Shown: positions 23,376 to 35,820, counted from the stretch's first letter. The stretch: DNA of 64,000 bases from an uncultured Chloroflexia bacterium (GCA_963751345.1 CAVVUS010000037.1:111824-175823), one strand, 5' to 3'. The notes: generated from the letters alone by a model not told the origin. Made by a program: numbers and translations.

Positions 23376-24197
23376 TGACAGAGATCGTGAGTCCGCTCAC
23401 AGGATATACCGCAGAACGAGCGACCGCCCGTTAGGGTCATAGGGCCGCGGATCGGAGGCAACCCGGCTTCGAGGCAGAGCTGGCCCATCTCATCGTGAGA
23501 CCGGGGACCACGCTCGCGCACCTGGGCAGCGATCGCTGTCTCTCGGCTTGGCTGCCAGTGCTGATCATCGTTGCCGTCGCGGTGGCATCTACGATAGCGA
23601 GGAGCTACGCGGACAGCCGTTACTTCTACGAGGATCAGGTTCGGTACTACACCCAGCATCCGGAGTTTGGGCCGGCCGGTGGGATAACCTTGGTCATGCC
23701 CCCGATAGGAACCGTCATGATCCGCATCGGTGAGCAGTTGACGGGGCTGGTGGGATCATGGGCGCTGTGGATCGACTGTCCTCTACGTCACGTCGGTCGT
23801 CAGCGCTCACGGCCGCGCAAGCTTCACGACAGCGGTGAGGCTGACGGCTGTGGAGCTGGATGCCCTATGCGCATCCGAGGGGTGCTGCAGATAGTGTATA
23901 TGCTCGTGGCACACGACCCGATCTTCAACCCGGGCCTCAGTAGCTTGGTGCTAGACAACGCCCCACCCTTCAATGGGTGATTACGAATACGTGATGGTGC
24001 CTCGCTCGGCGAGACTGTGGGGGGCCGTCCTCTCATATGTGGACATCTACCTGTTCTGGCATCTGGTTCTGGTCTGGCTCGGGATGCCCGCCTTGACGAA
24101 GCTCTCCCGCAAGTGGACGTGGTTCATTGTCCTGCTCGCAGCCGCAATGTGGATCGGGATCAGACTCTTGGTGGAGATCCGAAGGTATCGATACTAG
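23375..24197 (+). CDS. Yip1-like membrane protein (multiple frameshifts)
   Basis: RPGTTLAHL...WLPVLII, hydrophobic segments, DIYLFWHLVLVWLG across adjacent frames; precedes MacB-type ABC genes. Confidence 0.55.
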
Positions 24198-24212
24198 ACA
24201 GGGGAGCGGAGT

Positions 24213-24903
24213 ATGTCTGTGAAGAGTCTGGTCCGTACTGAGGCACTGTCACGCTGTTATCAGATGGGGGACCAGATCGTGCACGCCTTGGATGGCGTCG
24301 ACACCGTTATCGAGGAAGGGGAGATGCTCGCGGTGATGGGGCCTTCGGGTTCCGGCAAGAGCACGTTTCTGTACCTTCTCGGGGGCCTTGACCGCCCCAC
24401 CGCAGGATGTGTGTGGGTGCGTGGGGTCGCCATCGACGAGCTCGATGAGGACGATCTGGCAGCCTACCGCGTTCACGACGTCGGCTTCATCTTCCAGGCA
24501 TTCCATCTCATCCCTACGATGACGGCTATCGAAAACGTATGCTGCCGATGATCTTTGCCCGGATGTCTGAAGCAAGCCGTCGGGAGCGCGCCGAGACGCT
24601 GCTGGATCGCGTGGGCTTGAAGGAGCGGCTGCATCACAGGCCCACGGAGCTTTCCGGCGGGCAGCAGCAACGCGTGGCCATCGCCCGTGCGCTCGCGAAT
24701 GACCCCCAGCTCATCCTCGCCGATGAACCGACAGGTAATCTTGACACACAAAGCGGGGCCGAGGTTATGACTTGCTCACACGACTCAACCGTGAGGAGGG
24801 TCGAACGATCGTGATCGTCTCTCACGATCCCTCGGTGATGGACTACGCGACTAGGTCAATCCACTTCAGGGATGGCCGAGTGGTGGATCCGCTGGCGAAC
24901 TGA
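24213..24903 (+). CDS. MacB/LolD-type ABC ATP-binding protein (frameshifts)
   Basis: [43 protein letters not shown]. Confidence 0.92.
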
Positions 24904-24919
24904 GGAAAGGCAGGTTGCT

Positions 24920-26877
24920 ATGCGCACAAGGGATGCAAAAAGGGCGAAAGAAGTGGTCTGGACAGCGATCTGCGCGGGGGTGCTGATCGCTATGCTATCG
25001 CCTGTATCGCCGGGGGTGGCCCAGTCTCCGCTGGAGACCCCGGTGACGGTACCACAGTTCAGTTCAGAATCTCCGACGTGAACCACGCTCGTTGAGCAGG
25101 TGTCACGGGCGGTACGATGAGCATCTACGGCAATGGCTTTCACCCATCGTGTTCGGTTCGTCTTGTTGGACATGGCCTGCTGCCTACGACTTACGTGAAC
25201 TCCACGGCGTTGATGGCTCAGGTACCTTCGGGAATCCCTGGCGGCACGTATGATGTGGAGGTCACCGATGGAACAGATTCAGTACAGCTCGATGGCGCAC
25301 TGGCAATCTTGGCCCCGACGCCCACACCCGCACCGCGGTCCACCCCGCCGCCGGGCCATCCGATCCTCACGATCCGCAGCTACAAGGTGACACCCCCCAA
25401 GGTGCGGGCAGGAGAGGAGTTCGAGGTCACCATCGAGGTCTACAACAACGGCAGTCGAGCCGGCGAGAACACGATGGTCGTCTTTCCGGGCACCACCTTT
25501 GTCCCGGTCGGGGAGCCCGGCCATCTTCTCTGGCAACTGCACATCAATCACACCGTGGTCGTGACCCAGCCGATGCGCGCCCCGACCAGCCTCAACTCCG
25601 GACTCTACCAAGTGCAGGTCAACCTAGGAGCGAACGATTGGGAAGGAGACCACTACGACTATCCGCAGACGGTGCCGGTCGAGGTCATCGGCGCCACGCC
25701 TATCGCCGGCAGGCCCAGAGTGACGATCGAGAGCGCGTCAACCTCTCCTGCGGAGATCGTGCCCGGCGCACCGTTCACCCTCACCCTCTTGCTGGCAAAT
25801 CGTGGCAGCCGAACTGCGCGCAACGTCTTTGCCGCCTGTGGATCGGACGACTGGATCCTACCCGCAGCTAGTGGAAGTAGCATCTCCACGCCTCGGATTG
25901 ACATCGAGGGTGTGGTCAGCGTCACACTGCCACTTCACGCCGACCCGGCGATGCCCGGCGGGCGTCATCCTTTGTCGATTGACCTTTCCTATGAGGACTA
26001 CGACGGAACGAACTACAGCACCCAGGAGTTCATCGGGCTGGACGCCAATGCCAGTTTGAACGTTCAACCTCAACTGCTGATCAGGGAATACTGGGCGACG
26101 CCGGCGTTCATCAGTCCTGGCGACACCTTCACGCTCACCGTGGAGATCGCCAACGTCGGCGGTGGGACGGCGACGAGACTCACGATGGCGCTGGGAGGTG
26201 AGACCGGCGCGGCACTGGAGCCGTTCAGCCCCCTGACTACGGGCAACGTCAGCTTCGTTGACGAGATCTGGGGAGATGCAGCCACAACGGTCTCTTGGCG
26301 TTTGATGGCCGATGGAGCCGCCCAGCCTAAAGCATACAACGTCCCCGTGACCCTCGCCTATGATGATGCACAGGGCATCCGCCATAGTGACACGCAGCGA
26401 TTGAGCTTAATGGTGAGACGTCGCCCGGAGCTCCAGGGGATGTTCTACCGAGAGCCCGAGAGTCTGTCCGTCGGCGTCCCCACGGCGGTGTCGTTGGAGG
26501 TTCTCAACATCGGCAGCGGGCCTATTGACGTGACAGGGCTAGCCGCGACGAGCGATAGCGATCGAATGGAGATCACATCTGAGGGAAGCCCTTTTGTCGG
26601 ACCGGTCGAGTCCGGCGGTTCCGCGCCTCTGGACGTCACTATCACGCCTCGTCACCCCGGCTGGGCCGACATCACCATTTGCGTGACCTACCGCGACGAC
26701 TTCAACCAGTACCAGACCGTGACGGTGACCCTATCTGTGGAGGTAGCTGAAGGGCCGAAGGGCAACAGCGCGGTCCCAGAGGTTACCGCCCCGTCTTCCG
26801 GAGAAACATCCAGGTCGTCGACCCTCTGGAAGGTCGCAGGTCGGGTCGTGAAGGGTCTGCTCGGATTCGGTGGATGA
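24920..26877 (+). CDS. Secreted multi-Ig-domain protein (IPT/TIG plus COG1361-like repeats); 5' frameshift
   Basis: Signal peptide from ATG 24920; repeats PG..FTLT....N.G...A; context with MacB-type ABC genes. Confidence 0.7.
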
Positions 26878-26884
26878 GGCCCCT

Positions 26885-28242
26885 ATGAGGACTAAGGATC
26901 TGGTGAAACTGGTACTTCACAACTTGAGCAGAATGCGCACCCGCGTGACGATGACGGCGCTGGGTGTCGTGATCGGGACGGCGGCTGTGATGGTACTCGT
27001 CTCGCTTGGGGCAGGGCTGGCGCGCCAGACGCAGGAAGCCCTGATGTCCGGCGGTGGTTTGACCGACCTACAGGTTGTCGCGCCCATAGATTTCCAGGTC
27101 CGACAGGAACAACCGCCGGGCTCGGCGCCACAGCCGGCTGGGGAGACCACATCTGCCCGGTATGTAATCCTCGACGGTTGCGCCCTCGAGGAGATTCGCG
27201 CGCTACCCGGCGTCGAAGCCGTGTTCGTGTCCGAGAACCTGATGGCTCAGACCAAGGTGACCTACGGAGAGCTGATGGGCTACCCGACGCTGATTGGGAT
27301 GGAGGCATGCGATCTGGCCACAATGGGAATACAGCTCGCCCGCGGAACGCTTGAGATGCGCCGTGGTCAGGTCGTCGTGGGCGCCAGGGTCGCGGAGACC
27401 TCGCTTCGCGATCCTGCATCGTTCGACCCTTACCGCGAGGTCTCAGGCGGGGAAGCACGAGAGCCGCCAGACCTGCTGGGCGAGACCCTTCGGGTGCAGC
27501 TTACACGCTACACCGAGGATGGGACCGCGGTGGAGAAAACCTTGCGCTTCGAGGTCGTCGGCGTGTTGGCGACCAGTGGTTGGCGACACGACTTCACGAT
27601 CTACCTGCCTATGCGAGACGCACTCGATCTCAACACCTGGGCACAGGGCAGGCGCCGGGATCCCCGCCGGCAGGGATATACCCAGGCCATCGTGCGGGCC
27701 ATCGACGTGCAGCACACGCTTGAGGTCGAGCAGGCGCTCAAAGAGATGAGGCTGTCCGCCTTTTCCGAGCAGCAGCAGATCGAACAGGCCGAGGAATACT
27801 ACGCCACGGTCCAGGCCGTGTTGGGTGGGATTGGTGGCGTCGCCCTGTTGGTCGCCGCCTTTGGCATCGCCAACACGATGCTGATGGCGATCTACGAACG
27901 CACGCGTGAGATCGGCCTACTGAAGGCCATCGGCGCGACGCACCGGGATGTGATGCTGATCTTCCTCGCAGAGGCTGGGTCCATCGGGCTTCTGGGCGGG
28001 TAGGTGGAAGTATCCTCGGCCTGATCGTGAACGGGGTCATCAACGTGATCGCTGGCGCCGTACGCGCTAAGCAGGTCGCTGGGGGCGCCAGCGCGGGATC
28101 GGATCTCGGCATAGCCTATGCTCCGCTGTGGCTGCCCTGCTTTGCTGTTGCTTTCGCCGTAGTCGTTGGCATCCTCTCCGGCGCCTATCGGCCAACCGCG
28201 CGGCCAGATCTCGAGCCTTTGCAGGCACTCAAGTACGAGTAA
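26885..28242 (+). CDS. MacB/FtsX-type ABC permease (frameshifts near 28000)
   Basis: RVTMTALGVVIGTAA, GIANTMLMAIYERTREIGLLKAIGA, C-terminal LEPLQALKYE. Confidence 0.92.
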
Positions 28243-28375
28243 AGGTGCACCTGGATCTCTGACTTTCGTCGCAACTGGTTCCGTGCTTGAGCCGATGTGG
28301 TCCGTATTGGCTCGTGTATGATGAATCGTGGTGTGGATCCATCGCTTAGACACGAGTCGCAAGATGAGGTCTTCA

Positions 28376-28665
28376 ATGATCGTGGAGTTGCTTGCCGGAA
28401 TCGTGACGTTGGCGATGGGCGGTCTGCTCGGCTATGCCCTGTCGAGTCGCATTCCAGCACCGAGACGGGTACTAGGCATCGTCGGTGGGGCTTTGCGGTC
28501 CTCGTCGCTGCCTATATCGGCCGTGACACCCGCGTGGTCTCTGCTTTTGGATTCGCTATCTTCGCGAACAACCTGCTGATGAGCCTTATGCTCGGCACGC
28601 TGCTGGGCGTGTTCATCCGAAATCAGGCACGCGTCGGCACATCGTTAGTCAGTCAAGAACTCTAA
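28376..28665 (+). CDS. Small membrane protein (frameshift)
   Basis: SD GAGGT, hydrophobic segments in ORFs 28328..28579 and 28297..28665. Confidence 0.5.
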
Positions 28666-28680
28666 GAACTAGGAGGGGCA

Positions 28681-29341
28681 ATGAGAACAAGACTGAGAAC
28701 CGATATCCTGTTCGGCATTGTCGATCCTGTGGGCCATGATCCAGTGGTTGCGCTGCAGCCACCGCGACTCCACAGACAGCAGTACCGACCGTCGAATTGG
28801 CCCCAGCCAACCCGCCGGCTCTTGGAGCCGATCGGCACAGACAGCTGGCAGACGTACGAGGACTGTGATTACGGCTTCCGCCTGTTACACCCACCGGCTT
28901 GGTCGTACAAGCAGATGGCGATGTCCGGACCTGGCATGCCTGACGATTGGCCCGTCATTTCCGCTGTGGTCTTCTACCCGGATTCCATGGCCGAAGCACT
29001 CAACCACGAGGGACCGCCGGATCCGAATGCCCCGAACGTCGTGCCGCCCTTCTCCATCGAGGTCTATGTCGGCCCCCAGGCCGAGTTCAGACGTGCGTAT
29101 CCCGAGCCGGGAGCTACCGAGACCATCGACGTCAACGGGCGTCACAGTAGTCCTCGAGCGGGACACGTATGACGACTTCAACACCTACCGGTATGTCTAC
29201 CAACACCCTACGGACGAGACCATTTACGTCGTCCTGAGCGACGTCATCACGGGCTTCTCACAGCGGGCACAGGACAATCCGGAGTTCGTCGCACTGATCC
29301 CGCAGATCGTCACCAACCTGCAGTTTGTGGATCCCTCGTAA
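28681..29341 (+). CDS. Putative lipoprotein, PsbP-like fold possible (frameshifts)
   Basis: Strong SD AGGAGG; WQTYED.DYGFRLLHPPAW motif; C-terminal QIVTNLQF. Confidence 0.6.
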
Positions 29342-29472
29342 CGCGAGGGATCCACCCATCATCCGAGAAGCGCTTCAATGGGACCCAAAGATTTGCAGCC
29401 TTCGTGTATCGTGCTACGATGCTGCGCAGAATCAAGATCTTGACCTAGCTCGCGATCCCAAGGAGGCCCCGG

Positions 29473-30402
29473 ATGAAGCCACTGCGCAAGCACGTCGCCA
29501 TCGCCATCGACGGCGGAGGCATCAAAGGCGTGATGGTCTCGCGGGCGCTGGCCATCCTGGAGGACTACCTGGGACGGGGTGCGCCGGACATCTTCCATCT
29601 CGCCGCTGGGACCTCGACCGGCTCGATCATCTCGGCGGGTATCGCCGTCGGCCTGACCGGCGCGGAGATGCACGCGCTCTACGTGCAGTTGGGCGACACT
29701 GTCTTCCGCCGGACGCTGCGCAGCACGCTCTGGCTCCTGGCCCGCTACCGCTATCCGGCGGAGCCACTCGTGCGGGCACTGGGGAAATACCTCGGTGCAC
29801 TGACGATGGGCGACCTATGGACCTCCTCGCCGCGTATTGACGTCGTCATTACGACCTTCGACCTGCTGGAAAATCGCACGCTCTTCGTCAAGCCCTGGAA
29901 AGCGGAGTACGCTCTCTGGCCCGTCACCAAAGCCGTGCTCTGCCTCTTGCTCGGTACCGACCTACTTCCCGGTCGTGGAAGGGCGGTACGTGGACGGTGG
30001 CGTAGGCTCCTACGCCAATCCCTGCTACGTCGCCGCCTACGAGATCAAGTATTGCCTCGGCTGGGACCTGCGGAGACCACGTTGATCAGCCTGGGCACAG
30101 GGCGGGATCCTTATGCCCACGACGTGCAGAAGGTCAACCGGTGGCACGTGTGGGAGTGGTTGACGCCGCTGTTGGGCGCCTTTATGGAGTCCGCGGCCGA
30201 TCAGCAGGTGCACCTCGTCGACACCTTCTTCAAGGACCTGGATTTCCGCAGGTTCCAGGTGGACCTGGAGCGGCCCATCGCGATGGATGAGCCCGCGGCT
30301 ATCCCCGAGCTCACGGCCTACGGCGAGGAGCTCGGCCGCAAGATCATCGGAGATGATCTTGACCGGGCCATGGGGATCCATGCCACCGTCGCCCCGCAGT
30401 AG
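29473..30402 (+). CDS. Patatin-like phospholipase (compensating frameshifts ~29940-30070)
   Basis: DGGGIKG, GTSTG nucleophile elbow, YVDGG in alternate frame, ISLGTG. Confidence 0.9.
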   Translation: MKPLRKHVAIAIDGGGIKGVMVSRALAILEDYLGRGAPDIFHLAAGTSTGSIISAGIAVGLTGAEMHALYVQLGDTVFRRTLRSTLWLLARYRYPAEPLVRALGKYLGALTMGDLWTSSPRIDVVITTFDLLENRTLFVKPWKAEYALWPVTKAVLCLLLGTDLLPGRGRAVRGRWRRLLRQSLLRRRLRDQVLPRLGPAETTLISLGTGRDPYAHDVQKVNRWHVWEWLTPLLGAFMESAADQQVHLVDTFFKDLDFRRFQVDLERPIAMDEPAAIPELTAYGEELGRKIIGDDLDRAMGIHATVAPQ

Positions 30403-30410
30403 GACGCCTG

Positions 30411-30437
30411 CCGCCAACCTTGCGAAGGTTGGGGCGG
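30411..30437. repeat. REP-like hairpin with AACCTTGCGAAGGTT core
   Basis: CCGCC-AACCTTGCGAAGGTT-GGGGCGG right after patatin stop; same core recurs at 54758-54818. Confidence 0.7.
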
Positions 30438-30486
30438 TGCAGCCCCAAACCCCAACCAAAGTGGGACTACTAGCTCTTGACACGTG

Positions 30487-30495
30487 TGCTATAAT
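30487..30495 (+). promoter_or_regulatory. Extended -10 promoter (TG-C-TATAAT)
   Basis: TGCTATAAT at 30487-30495 upstream of a structured 130-nt segment. Confidence 0.55.
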
Positions 30496-30580
30496 GGTTA
30501 TGGACGGTCCCTTCGATGGGCGCGCACTCAGGGGTACCGTATCTCCTATATAGGAGGTGGTTTATGGACCATTACGCGAT

Positions 30581-30618
30581 GCGGAGGACCCGGCATTAGC
30601 CGGGTCCTCTCCGTTTAT
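30581..30618 (+). terminator. Strong hairpin, probable intrinsic terminator
   Basis: GAGGACCCGGC-ATTA-GCCGGGTCCTC followed by TCCGTTTAT. Confidence 0.6.
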
Positions 30619-30699
30619 AGGGGGGGTAGTTGCAGATCCTCGCTCTGAGAGTGATGGATTTACCCTAGGCTGAAATGGCCCCAGATTTCCCGATAACCC

Positions 30700-30728
30700 T
30701 TGATTACGTACCTTGAATATGTTATGAT
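30700..30728 (+). promoter_or_regulatory. Sigma70-type promoter
   Basis: TTGATT-17 nt-TATGAT with TGn extension. Confidence 0.55.
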
Positions 30729-30803
30729 AAGCGCCGATTTGATATGGTCTGCGACTCGGCACTAGAGCCGATTCTTCACGATTTCTGTCCCTGATAAGGC
30801 GCA

Positions 30804-31184
30804 ATGTATCCAGATAGTGAGATTCTGTTCCCACCCCGCTGTATCGATCAACTAGGTGACTTGCGTGGCCCCAAATGGCAGGACCTGACCTGCCGTGTCG
30901 CCCAACTGCCACACAATCATGAGGACGTTCTTGCCTTCGGCCTGATGTTGATTCGCCTGGGAAGCTGCCTCACCTGTGACCTCGACAGCTATCGCGCCTC
31001 CCTCGGATGCTGCACCTGCGCCCGGCGCACGGTGAGTGGCTACAAGGAAGATGACGCCTCTCTGCTTGACCTATACGAGAAGACGCTGGTGGAGGTCAAG
31101 AGTTTCACCGAGAAACAGCAGCCGCTTTCGGTGTCGCTGCTACTCGAGGAAAAGAAGGTCGTAACGCCTGGCAGGCCGATGTAG
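30804..31184 (+). CDS. Cys-rich hypothetical protein
   Basis: 126 aa ORF with CLTC and GCCTC motifs, downstream of a predicted promoter. Confidence 0.75.
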   Translation: MYPDSEILFPPRCIDQLGDLRGPKWQDLTCRVAQLPHNHEDVLAFGLMLIRLGSCLTCDLDSYRASLGCCTCARRTVSGYKEDDASLLDLYEKTLVEVKSFTEKQQPLSVSLLLEEKKVVTPGRPM

Positions 31185-31196
31185 CGGCGTCGCGCG

Positions 31197-32820
31197 ATGT
31201 GCCGACGATCCTGGCTCTGCATCTTGATCGTGATCGCCGCGCTCGGGAGCGCGGCGTTCTTGCTCCCCGAATCTGCTCATCCCTCTCGATTCGATCTTGA
31301 CGCGTGGATGTTTCGCCTCACCGGTGAGGAAAGCCTGCCTGCACAGGTCCGCGGCATGGCGCAGTGGGCCACCGGCTGGCTGCGTCCGCTCCCCAAGACC
31401 GCTCCCGACGTTGCCGTCGCTCACACCGACCTCTCTCCCTTCGGAGTGAACACCGAGCTGGAGCAGGAGGTCGAGCCGGCGAAGCGCGAGCGCTCGCTCC
31501 AGATGATCTCTGACGCAGGGTTCGATTGGATCCGGCAGCCCTTCCCCTGGTACGATATCGAGATCCACGGCAAGGGCGACTTCGAGGACCGCCGCCACGA
31601 GCCTGCCCGCTCGGCCTGGGACAAGTACGACAACATCGTCGATCTGGCCGAACAGCACGACCTGCAGATCATTGCGCGCCTCGGCGCTCCCCCGGACTGG
31701 AGCCGCAGCTGACGGCGTGGCCCGCGGCGCTTTCGGTCCGCCCGATAACCTTCAGGACTTCGCCGACTTCGTCGAGGCCGTGGTGACGCGCTATCAGGGT
31801 CGCATCCGCTTTTACCAGATCTGGAACGAGCCCAACGTCTACCCCGAGTGGGGAACGCAGCCGGTCGACCCGGAGGCGTATACCGCCCTCCTCTGCGCGG
31901 CCTACCACCGCATCAAGGCCGTCGACCCCGATGCGGTGGTGATCAGCGGCGCGATGGCCCAGACCTCTGAGCTCGGCACCTGGAGTACCAGCTACGAGGG
32001 CAACAACCTGATGGACACCATCTTTCTGCAGCGCATGTACGCCGCCGGCGCCGGTGATTGTTTCGACATCATGGCCGTCAACGACTATATGCTCTGGTCG
32101 GGCCCCACCGATCATCGGATGTCGCAGCGCGAGATCAACTTCTCGCGGCCGATGTGGCTGCGCGACGTGATGGTGGCCAATGGCGACGCCGGCAAACCCA
32201 TCTGGATCAGCGAGATGAACAGCAACGCAGCGCCTGAGGAGATCCCCGCACGCTACGGGAGGGTCACCCTGGATCAGCAGGCACGTTGGGCTCCCCTCGC
32301 CTACGATCGCATCCAGCGCGAGTGGCCGTGGGTCGGGGTGACGACCGTGTGGTTTTTCAAGAAGGCGTCCGATGCCGAGCAGCAGGACCCCTCGTATTAC
32401 TTCCGCCTGGTCGACCCCGATTTCACGCCGATGCCCGTCTACGACGCGCTCTCGGACTACTCAACACGCTGGAGCCCACGCTGTATCAAGGGCACCCACC
32501 AGGAAAGCACGTGGCAGTTGGACTACAGCGGGATGTGGGAAGGACGTGGCGTCGCCCGACGCCGTCCTCGGCCACTACCGCCGCACGACGGACCCCGACC
32601 GCCCAGGTGACGCTGACGTGGGAGGGCCGCGCGCTCGTCCTGGTCCCTGGTCCGGCCAAGGGGACCGTGCGCATCACCGACGAACGGGGCAACAGCCGGG
32701 AGGTAGAGCTGTCCGGCATCCCCGTGCGGCTTGCTGGCTCCCTGTTCGCTCAAGCCGCACCGGATCACGCTCTCTTGGGTAGCAGGCGAACTCTCGATCG
32801 ATGAGCTCGAGGTGCGATAG
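31197..32820 (+). CDS. Membrane-anchored/secreted clan GH-A glycoside hydrolase (GH5/GH39-like; frameshifts)
   Basis: PFGVN, GFDWIRQPFPW, YQIWNEPN (acid/base), KPIWISE (nucleophile). Confidence 0.82.
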
Positions 32821-33077
32821 CTAGGATCAGGACAGCCTTGCGGCTATTATTCGGCATTTCGCTCATCGCTAGCGCGCCCCCGTGCCTAGCGGGCCAGGGA
32901 GGATTTGGCCTCCGCGGGCTGCGCGCCACCCCGTGTCAAGCTCCCGGTTTGCGGTATAATAATGCTTCGGAAGCCCCCATGGTTTCCTTTATATACATGG
33001 CGTTGGATGGGCTCCAGGCCGGCCACGGAAATGTGATTGCATAAGACTAGGGGTCGGTCAACCTGGTTCCCGGCGAT

Positions 33078-33167
33078 TGTCATCCTGAGTGGGCGCCCAC
33101 ACAGTGAGCGCGTGAAGTATCTATACCTTGCAGGACTGAGATGCTTCGCCTTCGGCTCAGAATGACA
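33078..33167. repeat. REP-like palindromic element, TGTCATCCTGA...ATGACA family, copy 2
   Basis: TGTCATCCTGAG / CTCAGAATGACA outer arms, GAAGTATCT / AGATGCTTC inner arms. Confidence 0.8.
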
Positions 33168-33225
33168 TTTGCACCATTCAACTTGACTGAATCTGGACCG
33201 CTTTCGGTCCGGGAGGCACAGGTTT

Positions 33226-35820
33226 TTGGAAGCTGACTTCTCTGATACAGAGTCCACTCAGACGGACACCAACATCGGTACGGTAAGGCACGTTGCCATC
33301 CAGAAAGAGATGCGCAGCGCGTATCTCGACTACGCCATGAGCGTTATTGCCGCGCGCGCCCTACCCGACGCGCGGGACGGCATGAAGCCGGTACAGCGCC
33401 GCATCCTTTATGCAATGTATGATATGGGGCTGCGGCCGAACACGGCCCACAAGAAATCCGCTCGCATCGTCGGCGAGGTCCTGGGAAAGTACCACCCCCA
33501 CGGTGACAGCGCGGTCTACGAGGCGATGGCCCGGATGGCCCAGGACTTCTCCATGCGCTATATGCTGGTCGACGGGCAGGGTAACTTCGGCTCGGTCGAC
33601 GGCGACTCCCCAGCGGCGATGCGATACACCGAGGCCAAGTTGGCCCCGATCTCGATGGAGCTGTTGAGCGACATCGACAAGGACACGGTCGACTGGACCG
33701 AGAACTTCGACGGCAGCCTCAACGAGCCGACAGTGCTGCCGGTACGCCTCCCCAACCTGCTGATCAACGGCTCCTCCGGCATCGCCGTCGGGATGGCGAC
33801 AAACATCCCACCTCACAATTTGGGCGAGATCGTCGATGCCTTGACGCACGTCCTGGACAATTGGGAGCGCCGCGACGAGATCAGCGTCGAGGACCTGATG
33901 GCCTTCGTCAAGGGTCCTGACTTCCCCACCGGGGGCCAGATCCTGGGCAACGCGTCCATCATCAGTGCCTATGCCACGGGGCGTGGCAAGGCCATCGTCC
34001 GCGCCGTCGCCAACATCGAGGAAATGCGGGGCAGCCGCTTCCGCATCGTCATTACCGAGATCCCCTACCAGCTCAACAAGACGGGGTTATTGGAACGCAT
34101 CGCCAAACTGGTCCGCGACGGCCGGTTGGACGAGATCAGCGACCTGCGAGATGAGTCCGATAAGCGCGGGATGAGCATCGTTATCGAGCTGAAACGGGGC
34201 ACGCAACCCCAGAAGGCTTTGAACCGGCTCTACAAGAACACGCCGCTGCAGTCGACCTTCGGCATTCAGCTCCTCGCGCTGGTCGATGGCGTCCCACGGA
34301 TCCTGACCCTCAAGCGGATGCTGCAGATCTTCCTCGACCATCGTATCGAGGTCCTGATCCGCCGCACGCAGTACGATCTGAATAAGGCCCAGGAGCGGGC
34401 GCATATCCTTGAAGGGCTCCTGATCGCACTCGACCATCTTGACGCGGTGATCCGGACAATCCGCGAATCTCCCGACGTGGAAATCGCCCGAACGCGGCTG
34501 ATGGAGCGCTTTGGGCTCAGCGAGCTCCAGGCACAGGCTATCCTCGATATGCAGCTGCGGCGCCTCACCGGGCTCGAGCGCCAGAAGCTCGAGGACGAAT
34601 ACGCGGAACTGCTCAAGACGATCGCCTACCTGGAAGGGCTCCTCGCGTCGCCGCACCAACAACGGTATGTGATCCGCAAGGATCTGACCGAGCTGAGGGA
34701 GCGCTACGCCGATCCGCGAAGAACCCAGATTCTGCCCTATGCCGATGGATCCTTCAATGAAGAGGATCTCGTCGCCAAGGAGGATGTCCTGGTCTCGGTC
34801 ACGCAGCGCGGCTATATCAAGCGCGTGCCGTGGTCGGTCTACAAAGCACAGCACCGCGGCGGGCGGGGCGTGCTCGGGATGGCGACGAACGATGAAGACG
34901 AAATCCGGCTGCTCGTCTCAGCCAATAGTCATGACACCCTGCTGTTCTTCACCGATCGCGGGAAGGTCTACCAGGAAAAAGTGTACCAGATCCCCGAAGC
35001 TGGGCGCACCTCCAAAGGAGCACTGCTCGCGGGCATACTGGCCATCGCTCCCGAGGAACGCGTGACGGCCATCGTCAATATCGCTGACTTCGACGATGCG
35101 AGGTACGTGATCATGATCACGCGCCAGGCCACCACAAAGCGGGTCGCGCTCAGGGAGTTCGAATCAGTGCGCCCCAGCGGGCTGATCGCCTTGCGGCTGA
35201 ATGAGGGTGATGTGCTGGGATGGGCGCGCTTGACGCAGGGCGATGACGAGCTGATCCTGGTCACGGAGCAGGGTCAGGGAATTCGCTTCAACGAGCAGAA
35301 TGTCCGCGCTATGGGCAGAACGGCAGCCGGTGTCCGGGCGATGCGTCTGGCCGAAGGTGACCGTGTCGCCGTGGCCGAGGTCGTCGAGCCCGACGGGAAG
35401 TTATTCCTCGCCTCCCAGAAGGGCTACGGTCGCTGTACGGACCTGACCGAGTTCCGCACACAGAACCGAGGCGGTAAGGGCGTGCGTGCGTACGGGGTGA
35501 CCGAAACGACCGGGTCGATCATCGATGGACGGATGGTGCAGGATGAGGATGGGATCACGTTGATGTCCGAATCCGGACTCATCATACGGACCAAGATCTC
35601 CCGCATCCCTGTGATGGGCAGATACAGCCGCGGCGTCCATATTATGGACCTCAAGGAAGGAGATGCCGTGGCCTCGATCGCACGGCTCTTCAACGATCAA
35701 ACGGAGGCCATCGATGAGGATGATGGCGATCTGGGCAATGATGGGAACAACGCCGGGGAGGGATCACACCAGGATATTACCTATCCGGATGACGCCGATG
35801 CGGACGAATTCGGCGCCTAG
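33226..35820 (+). CDS. gyrA: DNA gyrase subunit A
   Basis: [33 protein letters not shown] catalytic Tyr, GyrA box QHRGGRG, CTD repeats, acidic tail. Confidence 0.97.
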   Translation: MEADFSDTESTQTDTNIGTVRHVAIQKEMRSAYLDYAMSVIAARALPDARDGMKPVQRRILYAMYDMGLRPNTAHKKSARIVGEVLGKYHPHGDSAVYEAMARMAQDFSMRYMLVDGQGNFGSVDGDSPAAMRYTEAKLAPISMELLSDIDKDTVDWTENFDGSLNEPTVLPVRLPNLLINGSSGIAVGMATNIPPHNLGEIVDALTHVLDNWERRDEISVEDLMAFVKGPDFPTGGQILGNASIISAYATGRGKAIVRAVANIEEMRGSRFRIVITEIPYQLNKTGLLERIAKLVRDGRLDEISDLRDESDKRGMSIVIELKRGTQPQKALNRLYKNTPLQSTFGIQLLALVDGVPRILTLKRMLQIFLDHRIEVLIRRTQYDLNKAQERAHILEGLLIALDHLDAVIRTIRESPDVEIARTRLMERFGLSELQAQAILDMQLRRLTGLERQKLEDEYAELLKTIAYLEGLLASPHQQRYVIRKDLTELRERYADPRRTQILPYADGSFNEEDLVAKEDVLVSVTQRGYIKRVPWSVYKAQHRGGRGVLGMATNDEDEIRLLVSANSHDTLLFFTDRGKVYQEKVYQIPEAGRTSKGALLAGILAIAPEERVTAIVNIADFDDARYVIMITRQATTKRVALREFESVRPSGLIALRLNEGDVLGWARLTQGDDELILVTEQGQGIRFNEQNVRAMGRTAAGVRAMRLAEGDRVAVAEVVEPDGKLFLASQKGYGRCTDLTEFRTQNRGGKGVRAYGVTETTGSIIDGRMVQDEDGITLMSESGLIIRTKISRIPVMGRYSRGVHIMDLKEGDAVASIARLFNDQTEAIDEDDGDLGNDGNNAGEGSHQDITYPDDADADEFGA

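Noticed and set aside
16254-29341. Prophage or integrative element at tRNA-Pro
   Set aside because: No integrase, phage genes or att duplication found by eye.
33226-35820. gyrA as parC, or as a quinolone-resistant allele
   Set aside because: A GyrA box is present and the QRDR (GDSAVYE) retains Ser and an acidic residue; separation from gyrB is common.
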